Below are positions 29,401 to 38,406 of a DNA stretch of 64,000 nt, one piece after another (the first letter of the stretch is position 1; the number at the start of each line of letters is the position of its first letter). The notes under the pieces were generated by a model that made no database searches, was not told the DNA's origin, and worked only from the letters and a program-made list of their open reading frames with translations. A program made the position numbers and the translations under genes. The stretch is taken from the NCBI GenBank assembly GCA_902562835.1, contig CACEUX010000008.1, positions 3,726 to 67,725 of the forward strand. Reading direction: 5' to 3'. This DNA is from an uncultured Fidelibacterota bacterium (GTDB lineage: Bacteria; Fidelibacterota; Marinisomatia; Marinisomatales; UBA1611).

Positions 29401-32400
29401 CCAGACACACCTGATCTTACAGTTGCAGCAGATAAAGGAACCTCAAATTCGGATAACTTGACCAATTTAGAAACTATCATTTTTAATGTGACAAGTATGG
29501 CAGCAGGGGATAGTGTGCATGTTATAAATTCAGGAAATGCTGTAGTAGGTCGTGGATTTGCAAATGGCCAAACGTCTGCTGAAGTTACTATCGCAGGAAT
29601 CACGGAAGCTTCAAGCAGTGACTTTAAAGCGTATGCTATAGATCAGGCAGGGAATATATCATCTTCATCAACCAATGCCTTATCAGTTGTTATCGATCAG
29701 ACAGCACCATATATCGATGGATTTACTGTAAATGACAATGGAAACTATACTGATCTTGGAGAAAGTCCACCGATGCTGGTCGATCTTAAGGCTGACTCAG
29801 ATACGGGGACCTCATCCACCGATGACCTAACTAATAATAATAAGCCAAGCTTTACTCTTTCAAATCTCACAGCTACGGACTCGGTATTCCTTTACTTTAA
29901 TGATGATTCGATCAAAGGATATGCTTCAGGCACAACCCATGAGTTCACCATACCGGATGATAAAGAACTGGCAGATGGAGAGTATAATTTTGCAATGAAG
30001 GCTAGAGATTATGCTGGAAACCTATCAGCCATTACAACAATAGATGGAACAAATATTATTCCCGTCACTGTAGATACCACACCATTTACTATTACTACAA
30101 TCCCAGATATGACACCTGGTACGGATACAGGTATAAACTCAGAAGATCAAATTACAAATAATAGAGCACCTACTTTTACAATGACCGGCTTGCCGGCATC
30201 TGCTGAGATCATCCAACTCTATGTTGATGGCGTTTTATCTTCTGCATCAACGAAAAATGCAGATGTTACTACACATGAATTTGCATTAGGCTCTAATCTT
30301 GATGAAGGGACCTTTGATATCACATTTAAAATTGTTGATGCAGCGGGTAATGTTTCTTCTGAAAGTGAAGCGCTTAGCATTACGATAGATTTCACAGCTC
30401 CAAGTGATCCAGGTATTGTCGATCTCGTTGATTCTGATGATACAGGAGTTTCTAGTTCAGATAATCTAACCAAGAGAGCATCTATGGAGATCACATCTTC
30501 AGGTTTGACAGAAGGTGACTATGGTAACCTTTATAGATTAGATGCAGCAGATAATCTTGATCTTGTAGAGCAACTTCTGGTGGATGCATCTGGCTCATTA
30601 ACTTACACTGCTACAAATGACGCTGATGGGGTTTATCGTTTTTACACGAATATTGAGGATGTTGCAGGTAATAAATCTAGTAATTCAGATAATATTACGA
30701 TCACAGTTGATCAAACAGCTACAGATGTTTCATCCGTTGAGATCGATCTCGATACCAGTTCAGATACTGGAAGGGATAACGTTGATAATTTGACGAATGA
30801 TAAAACCCCGACATTTACTATAAATAATACAGTATCCGGTGATTCAATTCTTATGGTTTTCAGCAGAGTTTGTATTGATCAGGCCGGTAATAATATTCCT
30901 GGTTGTGATGCCTCATTACCAGTTGCACCAAATGACACCTTAAGGGGTAAAGCAACTGGTACATCTATTTCATTGGTAGCAACCACGTCACAGATAGACA
31001 ATGATCTTCCAGATGGATTATATACTTTATCAGTATTTGCGAAAGACGATGCAGGTAACTACTCTTTAGCTTCTCCAGAGTTGCAATTTAACCTAGACAC
31101 TCAGCCAGAGCCTATTGATATAGATCACCCTGATTATCCTGATCTTCCAATTCCTGATCTAATGGCAGCATGGGATAATGGATTATACGATAATGATAAT
31201 ATCACTAATAATCAAACACCTCGTATCTTGATGGACAACATAACTGACTATGATTATTATGTCCGTCTTTATGTTTTGACAGGAATTCAGAATCGTTTAG
31301 TTGCTGAAAAAAGAAAGGTGTTTAATCAGGATACTGTTTCATTAAAGATTCCGAATGCGACCCAAGATATGAATGGGGATGGTAATACAGATGCTGAAGA
31401 TTTTTGGCTTGTTGAAGGTCAGCATACCATTCGCTATACGATAGAGGATGATGCGGGTAATGTCTCTGATTTTAGTCAGCCTCTTGTTATTACTATTGAT
31501 GTGACCAAGCCTGCAACACTTGGTCAGCCTGACCTCTTAGTATTGGATGATATTGGAGAATCAGATTCTGATGACCTTACAGCTCCGTTAATAGCAAATG
31601 GTGCTGAATTTGATAATCAAATTCGTATCAATATTGATGATGGCAACGCACTTCCAGGGTATAAATGGGTGCTTTATTCATTTGTGGATGTGGATGGTGA
31701 TGGAAATTATGCAGCTGCATCAGATTCGGATCTTTTGCGTCTAGATTCATCTCTTGTGCCTGGCGGTAGATATGAAAAATGGTATTGGAATAATATCTCT
31801 AATGGTCTAAATGCCGAAGATCTACCACCGGCAGACTCAACTTGGGAAGGAATCTCTGACCTTGATACAGTAGGCGTCCCCACCACTGGAGATTACTATT
31901 ATACGACTCAGCAGGTAGATTCATCAGGGAACAGATCTGATTATAGTAGTGGTCTACAAATAACAACGGACTTTGATGCCCCAACACATACAATTTCTTA
32001 TGAAGAAGGAGGTAATCCTAGTGACCTTCTTGTGAGGTTTGAAGATGGTACAGTTGATGTTATAGTGGATTATTCAGAGCCAATGGATGATCTGGTTGAC
32101 CTTCCAACTATATCTTTTGTCCGCTATGCTGGTAATGATGATTTAGCTATACCTGATGCAACTCTATCAAAAGTTGCTAATGATGATCAGAAATGGACCT
32201 ACGCAATTCCTGTCGACACAGAGGGCCTAGAAACAAGCAATGGTCCTATCACCCTCTTAAATCTTATCGGTAAAGATAGAGCAGGCAATGCACTTTCATT
32301 TAATGATGCTCAAGTTATAATCGACAATAATGCTCCCCAGTTTACCCAGCTTTTTCCAGCATCTGGCTCATTCAATAATGTTTTGAATAATTTTGGTTGG

Positions 32401-35400
32401 ACTCTTTCGGAGGATATAATCTCAGGGTCTGTGACATTTACTAATTCCATAGGCAATATTATCGAGACCATTGCCCTATCAAATGGAGCTAATGCTAATG
32501 AATTGAATACTGATCCTGCGATTGATAACCACCAATTTAATGTTGGAGATCCTAATATAACCGAAGATACATACACTGTCACTTTTACGGGTACAGATCA
32601 GGCTGGCAATGTAGGCGAGACCCTTATCAATAATTATACCTATGATATAACCCCACCGACTGTCCAATTGTCATTTAGCCAATTGGTTGCAAGTGTGGAT
32701 ACAGTTGTCACTGTCTTCTCTGACTACATTGAGAATATGTCCTTCACGCCTCAGATCTCAATTAATTTCCAAGGCGATCTGCATGATATTACTCTATCAG
32801 AAATGTATTTAGCAGGATCTTGTGATTGTTTAGATGATGAGGGAGTACCTATCCCTGATTGTATTGATGATTCATTTTTAGAGTGTGAGCCTAGTGGAGG
32901 AAGTTGGCAAGAAGGAGTAGATTCTAGTCTCTGGGCCTATGACTTAATAGTACCAGAAGATATTGTTAATAATGGTGGAGTCCACTTTAGTTTATCTGCA
33001 AGCGATCTGGCAACAAATGAATTAGACTCAGACTCTACGAGTAATAACTATGGTGTGACAATACTTAATAACGAACGTCTTGTGATCGATAATACAGTAG
33101 CAGTTGCAAATTTTACCTATCAGAATCTTTCAAATCCAAACCTAAATGATTATGCGGGTAATCCAACTACCATTATGGGTGCAGGTGGAGACAATATACG
33201 TATTACAATACAACTGAATGAGTCAATGAACCCAACAGCACCTATTCCGACAATGAATGCTGTTTTTGGTGGTGGCAATGAGAATGCAACTCAGCTTACA
33301 GAGATCGCGTACACTCTGGTAGATGGTGATGGTGATGGTGTTAATAATAACTACTATATATTTGATCTAACACTACCAGATCTATTGGTTGTCATTGATG
33401 GAGATACGACACCAGTTGATGATGGATTAGTAGCATTTGAATTCATTGCCAAAGATAGGGCCAATAATTTTGTAACTACCCAGAATGACAGTAATGTATT
33501 TACAGTGGATAATATACATCCTACTGACTTTTCGACTGGTTTACTGAGCGTGCATGGTATCAATCCAGTAGAAGGATGGATAACCGGAATAATAGATAGT
33601 GTAGGAATACAGCTTCCTATACCAACTGCTGGTGAGGATATTAGTCTCTATGAAGGAGGCGAGGTTCATTTTCAATTCAAGAATTTAACGCGTGGTCTTT
33701 TCTGGCAAACAGTAGCTCCCGAGGCAAATCAGACTGATGAGCAATATAAAATATTAGCTGCTGGGGATGACATACAATTCTATCGACACACGGCTGAACT
33801 TTACAATGTTATGATACAGGGTGATGATATTATCGGCGGTGATTCGCTGGCAGTAAGAGGTGTTATCATTGACCGTTATGGAAATACAACATATGGTACA
33901 CCCAGTACAACCCGACTCGCATATGACCCTAGCGCACCTGTCATTGGTGAGATAGTGATTGGAAATAATACTAATTTTGGTACGACGATATATTCAAATG
34001 ATACAGCAAAGGTTGATTGGACCCCATTTATTGAAGCAAATGAATTTGAATCTGGACTAGATAGATATGAGATCCAGATAGAGAGATTTGACAACCTGGG
34101 TGCCTCTGATGATATTTTAGTGGAATGGGTTAGCGCTCTCAGGCAAGTTGATACGACCATAGTTATGGTCGATCCAGAAACAGGCGAGGAGCAATCGACT
34201 GATACAACCCTGTATCTTACTCAAACGAAATATTCGAATGAGTTCTTATTAGAGCATAAGCACCGATATATTGCAACTATCAGAGCATTTGACATAGCTG
34301 GAAATATTTCAGAGCTGTTATTATCTGATACATTGATTCGATTTAATACGGCTCCGGACATACAAAATATTCAGGATGCTGTTTTATACGAGGATAGTTT
34401 CTGGACTGATTCGGTACAACTGGTCGACCCTGACCTCACCGTACTTCAGGGAGATTCGTTCAGATATACTGCAACTACAAATAGAATAGTTGGAGATGCA
34501 GCGACCGGTGAGGCTAGCATTGATGAAAATGGATATCTAACATGGACCCCAACTCAAGATGATACAGGCTCTTATACTATTGAGGTCCTCGTAACAGATA
34601 ATTACGATTTAAAGGACACGCTATTTTTACCACTTACGGTTACGGCTGTCAATGATACACCAAACCTTGCTATCTTGGACCCCGATAATATTAAAACATG
34701 GGAGGAAGATACGGAAGAACCAGTTACTATTAACCTTAGTAGATATATCACAGACGTTGATAATGAGATCACAACAGAGATTGAATGGTTAGCAGTGATA
34801 CTTGATACATCACAATTGGATGAGGACTTTCCCCTTGGACAGGTATTCGCTGGTCCTAATGTTCCATGGGCCCTACATGCAAAACTATCCAGAGAGTATT
34901 TAGGTTTTAATATTAATGATGCGGCATCATTAGGTTCTAATATGTCATCAAAAACAATACAAATGATCAATAATAGTAGAACAAATCCTCATCTCTCAGT
35001 AAATATTGATACCCCGGTGGATTCCGTGATAGCTACATTTTCAAGTGATTCAAATTATTATGGGGATAATCATAGGATTATCTTCATAGCAGAAGATCTT
35101 TACGGTGCTCAAGCAAGAGATACTATAATTGCTAATGTTACAGCAAAGAATGATCCACCAATAATATCAGATCTTCCTGATATTGAAGTCATTGAAAATG
35201 ACTCTATCAAACTGGAATTTGGTTCTTATACAACCGATGTAGATGATACATCATTGACGTTTACAATTACCGCCATCACAAATGAAGATATGATCTCAAT
35301 AGATCCACCCATGTTGGTATCATATAACCTTGGTGATTCGGTCACATTTACTCCTCAACCTCTTTTTTCAAATGAGGCAATGATAAAAGTAGTTGTGTCT

Positions 35401-36354
35401 GATGAAGAATCTTCTGACTCTTCCACATTTAAATTAGATATTTTGAGAGTTATTCGTCCTCACCTTGCTGTATCTGTGGTACAAAATAATGCTTTCAGTA
35501 AATTTTTACAGGTAATAGTCACCGATACAGTTTCTAAAACGGTGAACTTGTCCATGGAGGTACAGAACCAAGATGTTTCCCTTGATACAATTGCAGAATA
35601 TACATTTACGGGAGATTTGAGTTTTGAATCATCTGGCAATTATTCAATTGATATTTATGCTAATGCATTAGTCGGAGATACTACTATTAGTGAGATTTTT
35701 GCCCTGGCAGCAGGTCGGGCTTCAGGTCGTTGGTATGGATCAAGTTATGATGGAAGATTTACAGTCATTGGAGATCCAGGTGCTATTTCCTACGATCAGC
35801 CATTCCTGATCGCTGATTCAACTTTGTTTGAATCAAATTTCTATGATCAAGCTTCCTATGTACTAGGCAGTGAGAATTTCAGTTTTAATCAACCCATCGA
35901 GGTTAGGTTTGCTGGTGAGAGGGATGATCTTGCCATTTATAGGAGAAAGAATGGCGTGACATGGGAAGAACTGCCTTCCTTAACACTAGAAAGTGAAATT
36001 TTCACTCTGTCTCATGAATCAGGTTATTTTAGATTAGGACCAAAAACAATTATTGTTCCTGAACAAACAAACATACATCAAAACTATCCAAACCCATTTA
36101 ATCCGACCACAACTATCATGTATGATGTTGGTCTGCTCGATGGATTAAGCCAGAATGTTACTATAAACATTTATAATCTTCTTGGTCAGCAGATCGTTAC
36201 ACTTGTCGAAGATCAGGACCAGATAGGTCAATTCAAAGTTCAATGGGATGGCTATGATAAATTTGGACAGCAAATGTCATCGGGTGTCTATTTCATTCAG
36301 CTCAGCACAAAAACAGGAATTGTTAAGAATAAGAAAATGATGTTAATGAAATGA
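23434..36354 (+). CDS. Giant (4306 aa) cell-surface adhesin-like protein: tandem Ig-like modules, cadherin-like modules, T9SS C-terminal sorting domain
   Basis: Single uninterrupted 12.9-kb ORF with a signal-like N-terminus. More than 25 divergent modules of about 100 aa are delimited by D.TAPT/D.T.P motifs. A mid-region series carries D(T/S)G.S..DN.TN motifs, as in large bacterial Ig-like adhesins. VNDTPN/KNDPPI modules are cadherin-like. The C-terminus is QNYPNPFNPTTTIMYDV...GVYFIQL...KKMMLMK (T9SS/Por sorting signature). Confidence 0.9.
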   Translation: MFIIKKILFYFMSTLNKRNIVSMLVGILSFSQLVAASIDIRLSNNNTFGTSSRGAYNIDVSNTDNGGVTGGIVVLITDATVDHDYKVYVQYHTGAPANSNQWFSQQINEAGNTKISIGTDGTATQYIPHAAIEASDDWQGTDYDGNVTWIIVNDDLDDDDEPNTASGTQHYETYDFDMIAPTISNQTISAPKDAPFNQTYPHYAKEGDQIKMTFTSDEAISTLTGNFHGNSNISAQNLDSTSPYVTINAVNTMPDGSTVTFSFILKDSNGNSATISSTENSSSVITDFTAPDINNGTTYYTSMVTGNGDYFAKSGDNVVLSIKASETLVQGNFDNNNATDESAYMVFNVGTSTNVTVTPALSGIAGNNSSEFTSTVTVTDDNETSNTYVDFSITGIYDRAGNETAITDDVPTINDRVYYDSTDPTIEEMSHSTPASNANPNPYRAKNGDAIKLTFAASELLDYNWDDNINTQPALTFQGGGGSGNSFNANTIASVSNLQNFTATLNDVAGLSEGQLNFSLAFRDRSGNQASAHTALTNEGTRITIDNSAPTIDNLTVASNSTSNTAFAKPGERVTISIDVNEELRNLSQYEITDYDDGVAGTIGGIEAEATMQGGTGGQVWILSAIMGDSHPEGLLEFSATLTDMAGNTKVVTQADITSGTSVTYDKTAPTIVSASIQSNNINPTWAKENEVVTLIFEVNENLKEDPTVSIAGGAATKVGVNVRTYTYTITVDSDDHEENILDTNPNTNFTIDFTNEANIAGTQYTHASDGVDGTVTIDYTPPTLTNVYIKSDNTVDTSYARSGSNVTLKFKGVDALSSGLLRDDLIVTFDTGAGGASLNATENGDNTNASWTATAEMGAGVLEQDLTFSIAGFKDLAGNVGTTVTDLSGGSQLTYDQTAPTLSALTMASNNSNSNQLSKVDDAITMAITVNSTVEPNGIQLPVVTIANRSSADGDVTIRNAANDGNASQGDLVFTANYTMQDADTETDSVEFQVAFTDLAGNVGTAVTSLVNDRGVSFDKTAPDFTNTAINSSVTITSDNGNGDPTIATVNDVITLTLTSAEALKAATKPIVTILGVSATVGADADNKVFTATHTITGNETGITNNQVIYFNVDAGYTDPTGNTGSAITQAAASFANATLRSTNGSYVLYDITAPVFDPVRIKSSNANDSTLAIAADVITLTMISDTPIKAATKPTISIAGNVIPDDDITRVGNTKFVATYAMQNNTNDNTYNDPDIVIPISVTNYDDAAGNTGSAVTNTSDPTNSYVVYDNTNPDLQQVTIASNLDEDDPSLAIPGSTITLQFIADEVVQEPTVTIVGRPPDNLTGSNGNKTWTATIVMLEDDSDAADPIPFAISYSDLAGNNGSAYDQTGTTDGSSISFDKTKPTLSAIYMVSESSDSKDSTYINPGNNLSIRFKVSEPLAALDIYMNATNRGRYPTVADDAITITKLTEWNGTFEKWKAVWPVTDGTDDDDGAGVVIPFTIDFTDLNGYSGDQVTETTDDVYVTYDKTEPSVQVFTYLSNNNTTTLAKADDIITASLTASELIQQPSIKISTASVDESAGDTDRSWTATKTLNTDDVEGQVELKLVTFKDYAGNVGRTSDINRTTTTDDLYVTYDKTKPVLTKVNVYSDNNYSSNTMAKVQDIVTIEISTGADGELISSPTVSMIGNTQDVTVTPNTPNAVSDQTWLASKTVVTNHSEGEVVFSITCTDLAGNESDAVAVLTNDTDNTNVTIDRTKTDLSGLTLDMVNDSDTGIQAYDEDGNLNWVGKTDNLTSVQAPTFSISGLTSTASASGDSIYLIIDNGTAIDTTIRSKVNANEMNFTVPSDLPSQLTAYSATIVTKDPANNISDPTTVLKFRIDTDPPALGNAPDLIATHDTGFADDDNVTNNRKFTLELAGLVANKQNVIDIYYDAESAGVDNFLVVADVMMEVDKDTPLRDGSDTIWVSRSLPDDEYTFSYTVTDSAGNVSAKSATTVITVDRTVPSTPDTPDLTVAADKGTSNSDNLTNLETIIFNVTSMAAGDSVHVINSGNAVVGRGFANGQTSAEVTIAGITEASSSDFKAYAIDQAGNISSSSTNALSVVIDQTAPYIDGFTVNDNGNYTDLGESPPMLVDLKADSDTGTSSTDDLTNNNKPSFTLSNLTATDSVFLYFNDDSIKGYASGTTHEFTIPDDKELADGEYNFAMKARDYAGNLSAITTIDGTNIIPVTVDTTPFTITTIPDMTPGTDTGINSEDQITNNRAPTFTMTGLPASAEIIQLYVDGVLSSASTKNADVTTHEFALGSNLDEGTFDITFKIVDAAGNVSSESEALSITIDFTAPSDPGIVDLVDSDDTGVSSSDNLTKRASMEITSSGLTEGDYGNLYRLDAADNLDLVEQLLVDASGSLTYTATNDADGVYRFYTNIEDVAGNKSSNSDNITITVDQTATDVSSVEIDLDTSSDTGRDNVDNLTNDKTPTFTINNTVSGDSILMVFSRVCIDQAGNNIPGCDASLPVAPNDTLRGKATGTSISLVATTSQIDNDLPDGLYTLSVFAKDDAGNYSLASPELQFNLDTQPEPIDIDHPDYPDLPIPDLMAAWDNGLYDNDNITNNQTPRILMDNITDYDYYVRLYVLTGIQNRLVAEKRKVFNQDTVSLKIPNATQDMNGDGNTDAEDFWLVEGQHTIRYTIEDDAGNVSDFSQPLVITIDVTKPATLGQPDLLVLDDIGESDSDDLTAPLIANGAEFDNQIRINIDDGNALPGYKWVLYSFVDVDGDGNYAAASDSDLLRLDSSLVPGGRYEKWYWNNISNGLNAEDLPPADSTWEGISDLDTVGVPTTGDYYYTTQQVDSSGNRSDYSSGLQITTDFDAPTHTISYEEGGNPSDLLVRFEDGTVDVIVDYSEPMDDLVDLPTISFVRYAGNDDLAIPDATLSKVANDDQKWTYAIPVDTEGLETSNGPITLLNLIGKDRAGNALSFNDAQVIIDNNAPQFTQLFPASGSFNNVLNNFGWTLSEDIISGSVTFTNSIGNIIETIALSNGANANELNTDPAIDNHQFNVGDPNITEDTYTVTFTGTDQAGNVGETLINNYTYDITPPTVQLSFSQLVASVDTVVTVFSDYIENMSFTPQISINFQGDLHDITLSEMYLAGSCDCLDDEGVPIPDCIDDSFLECEPSGGSWQEGVDSSLWAYDLIVPEDIVNNGGVHFSLSASDLATNELDSDSTSNNYGVTILNNERLVIDNTVAVANFTYQNLSNPNLNDYAGNPTTIMGAGGDNIRITIQLNESMNPTAPIPTMNAVFGGGNENATQLTEIAYTLVDGDGDGVNNNYYIFDLTLPDLLVVIDGDTTPVDDGLVAFEFIAKDRANNFVTTQNDSNVFTVDNIHPTDFSTGLLSVHGINPVEGWITGIIDSVGIQLPIPTAGEDISLYEGGEVHFQFKNLTRGLFWQTVAPEANQTDEQYKILAAGDDIQFYRHTAELYNVMIQGDDIIGGDSLAVRGVIIDRYGNTTYGTPSTTRLAYDPSAPVIGEIVIGNNTNFGTTIYSNDTAKVDWTPFIEANEFESGLDRYEIQIERFDNLGASDDILVEWVSALRQVDTTIVMVDPETGEEQSTDTTLYLTQTKYSNEFLLEHKHRYIATIRAFDIAGNISELLLSDTLIRFNTAPDIQNIQDAVLYEDSFWTDSVQLVDPDLTVLQGDSFRYTATTNRIVGDAATGEASIDENGYLTWTPTQDDTGSYTIEVLVTDNYDLKDTLFLPLTVTAVNDTPNLAILDPDNIKTWEEDTEEPVTINLSRYITDVDNEITTEIEWLAVILDTSQLDEDFPLGQVFAGPNVPWALHAKLSREYLGFNINDAASLGSNMSSKTIQMINNSRTNPHLSVNIDTPVDSVIATFSSDSNYYGDNHRIIFIAEDLYGAQARDTIIANVTAKNDPPIISDLPDIEVIENDSIKLEFGSYTTDVDDTSLTFTITAITNEDMISIDPPMLVSYNLGDSVTFTPQPLFSNEAMIKVVVSDEESSDSSTFKLDILRVIRPHLAVSVVQNNAFSKFLQVIVTDTVSKTVNLSMEVQNQDVSLDTIAEYTFTGDLSFESSGNYSIDIYANALVGDTTISEIFALAAGRASGRWYGSSYDGRFTVIGDPGAISYDQPFLIADSTLFESNFYDQASYVLGSENFSFNQPIEVRFAGERDDLAIYRRKNGVTWEELPSLTLESEIFTLSHESGYFRLGPKTIIVPEQTNIHQNYPNPFNPTTTIMYDVGLLDGLSQNVTINIYNLLGQQIVTLVEDQDQIGQFKVQWDGYDKFGQQMSSGVYFIQLSTKTGIVKNKKMMLMK

Positions 36355-37127
36355 TCGATCGTATAAAAATCTATTTTTCACTAGTTGCATTAACTATTTC
36401 AGCGGTATTTCTACCAGGATGTAGAGGAGATGTGATTCCAACAGATAATGATATGTCAAGCTATGGTTGGAATCTCTATGAAGCTGGAGAATATGTTGAT
36501 GCACTTGATTGGTTCACAACAGCTATAAAAGAAGATTCTTCTCACTCGGATGCGTATAACGGTGTGGGTTGGACCATGGGGCATTTAAGGCAAGCAGATT
36601 CGTCAGTATATTACTTTAATGAATATCTTTCTAGAGATTCATCATCATTTGAAAATATTCTAGATTTTTATGCAGGTTTAAGTTTTGGTTATAATGCAAT
36701 TGGAGATGATGAGAATGCGCGTCTTTATGCGGAGACTTATTTCTTTGGAAATCAGAATGCGGAAATAGGAGACCCAGACTGGTGTTTTTGTCATAAAACA
36801 GATATAAATCAATTGGATGTGAGACTCATTCTCGCTGTTTCAGAATATCGTATGGGGCTTTTTAGTCACTGTCAAACATCAATCAATCAGGTTTATAATG
36901 ATCTAAATACTCAAAATGGATCTCAGATACCAAATGGTGAAGTGGACAATAGTGGTAATCCTCTAACTGATGAATATCCTTTAAATTATGACCACACTAC
37001 CATTTTAGGTAGGACATACATTGCAAATCATTTATCTATTTTACAGGCTCAATTAGCAAGCTCAAATGGCGAGAATGGGCTGAAGTGTACTGAGAATGAT
37101 GGGCAAGGTGGTGGCTATTGTGAGTAA
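36351..37127 (+). CDS. Lipoprotein with TPR-like helical repeats
   Basis: 258 aa with lipobox-like LPGC after a hydrophobic segment. EAGEYVDALDWFTTAIKEDSSHSDAYNGVGW resembles a TPR unit. Its ATG overlaps the adhesin stop (ATGA), which suggests translational coupling. Confidence 0.7.
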   Translation: MIDRIKIYFSLVALTISAVFLPGCRGDVIPTDNDMSSYGWNLYEAGEYVDALDWFTTAIKEDSSHSDAYNGVGWTMGHLRQADSSVYYFNEYLSRDSSSFENILDFYAGLSFGYNAIGDDENARLYAETYFFGNQNAEIGDPDWCFCHKTDINQLDVRLILAVSEYRMGLFSHCQTSINQVYNDLNTQNGSQIPNGEVDNSGNPLTDEYPLNYDHTTILGRTYIANHLSILQAQLASSNGENGLKCTENDGQGGGYCE

Positions 37128-37149
37128 AACCATTAGCTGATTTTCTTTT

Positions 37150-37605
37150 ATCAATTACTCTGATCAAGATTGGATAAAAAAAGCACTTCGTCTCGCTGAA
37201 AAAGCATTTTCACTGGGTGAGGTCCCTGTCGGTGCAATTGTTGTCAAAGATAATAGAATTATTGGCCAGGGATATAACCAACGAGAAGGATTAAACGACC
37301 CTACCGCTCATGCTGAGATCATAGCAATTACTGCAGCAGCCAGTACAATTGGAGATTGGCGTTTGAATGATTGTACGATATACGTAACAAAAGAACCGTG
37401 TCCAATGTGCGCTGGTGCTATAATCAATTCAAGGGTCTCAAGGCTTATATTTGGATCATATGATGACAAAAAAGGTTGCTGCGGGTCTCTGTATCAATTA
37501 TGTGGAGATAAGCGCCTAGAGAGTATTACTGCTGTAAAAGGTGGCGTAATGCATGAGCAATGTTCTGCAATATTAAAAGAATTCTTTCGCTTGAAGCGTG
37601 ATTAG
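37150..37605 (+). CDS. tadA: tRNA-specific adenosine deaminase
   Basis: Stop-free frame from 37141 encoding DQDWIKKALRLAEKAFSLGEVPVGAIVVKDNRIIGQGYN...DPTAHAEIIAI...TKEPCPMCAGAI (HAE and PCxxC zinc motifs of TadA). The listed ORF (37363..) would lack the HAE motif. No ATG/GTG/TTG lies upstream in frame, so the ATC 37150 start is a guess. Confidence 0.8.
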   Translation: MNYSDQDWIKKALRLAEKAFSLGEVPVGAIVVKDNRIIGQGYNQREGLNDPTAHAEIIAITAAASTIGDWRLNDCTIYVTKEPCPMCAGAIINSRVSRLIFGSYDDKKGCCGSLYQLCGDKRLESITAVKGGVMHEQCSAILKEFFRLKRD

Positions 37606-37606
37606 A

Positions 37607-38344
37607 TCACTTCACCAGGTGATCAACAACAAACTGTATAGATAAGTTGTGGCCCAACCTTTTTTCTTTCCAGCTTGGGGGAAGTAAGACATGGTGCCCA
37701 TTTTTGATATGAACATCTTGAGGGTCTTCATCCATATTTTTAAAAGCACCATCGTTTTTGTGGTCCGTTCGCCATTGAAAATATTTAATAGATGGCTTGA
37801 TCAAATATTCATCTTTTTCAACTGTTTTACAAATTTTGAATCTTTCATTCAATCTTTTAAGTGGAGCTGCAATGGCATGCACAGTTAAAGGGAATTCAGA
37901 CTCCCAATATACCGCGAGTTCCGATACTATATATCCACCTAAACTATGGCCTATGACCCACAATGAATCTAAATGGGGATTTTTCTCTGTAAGGCTGTCA
38001 ATGGCAATTGTAAGTCTACTTCTAGTGCTATCAGGGCATGCAAACCAATCATGCCTATACCACCATATCGGTTGTTGTGTTTTAGCTAAAATTTTGATGG
38101 CTTCTGTCCATTCAAACCCTTTTGAAGGCCATCTAAGTGGATAATGCCCATGAACAGCTAGGATACCATAACTAGAATCAGTTTGAGTATAGCCTTTTAG
38201 ACGGTGAACCCCATTGACTCGCTCGATTAGATATTCATCATATAGCGACTTATCATTAGTGAGCTTTTCAATTGATAGATCGGTATACTTTGACCTATCA
38301 CAAGCTGTTGAGATAAACGCAATTAAAAATAGTAGTCTTAACAT
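37607..38344 (-). CDS. Alpha/beta-hydrolase-fold lipoprotein (esterase/lipase-like)
   Basis: 245 aa. Lipobox-like ISTAC after a hydrophobic N-terminus. GHSLGG is a nucleophile-elbow motif. Confidence 0.7.
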   Translation of the reverse strand: MLRLLFLIAFISTACDRSKYTDLSIEKLTNDKSLYDEYLIERVNGVHRLKGYTQTDSSYGILAVHGHYPLRWPSKGFEWTEAIKILAKTQQPIWWYRHDWFACPDSTRSRLTIAIDSLTEKNPHLDSLWVIGHSLGGYIVSELAVYWESEFPLTVHAIAAPLKRLNERFKICKTVEKDEYLIKPSIKYFQWRTDHKNDGAFKNMDEDPQDVHIKNGHHVLLPPSWKEKRLGHNLSIQFVVDHLVK

Positions 38345-38406
38345 GAGGTATAAGTTAGACTAGGTAAGACCACAAAACGTGGAATAGAATTAAATACTAT
38401 CTGGTA

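Noticed and set aside
23666-34970. Many 60-122-aa ORFs on both strands inside the giant adhesin gene, and similar ones inside gltX, glnS, pntB, the pil genes and others.
   Set aside because: All are nested in or antisense to long ORFs with strong protein signatures. They have low-complexity or odd composition and no independent start or RBS context. They are typical shadow ORFs.
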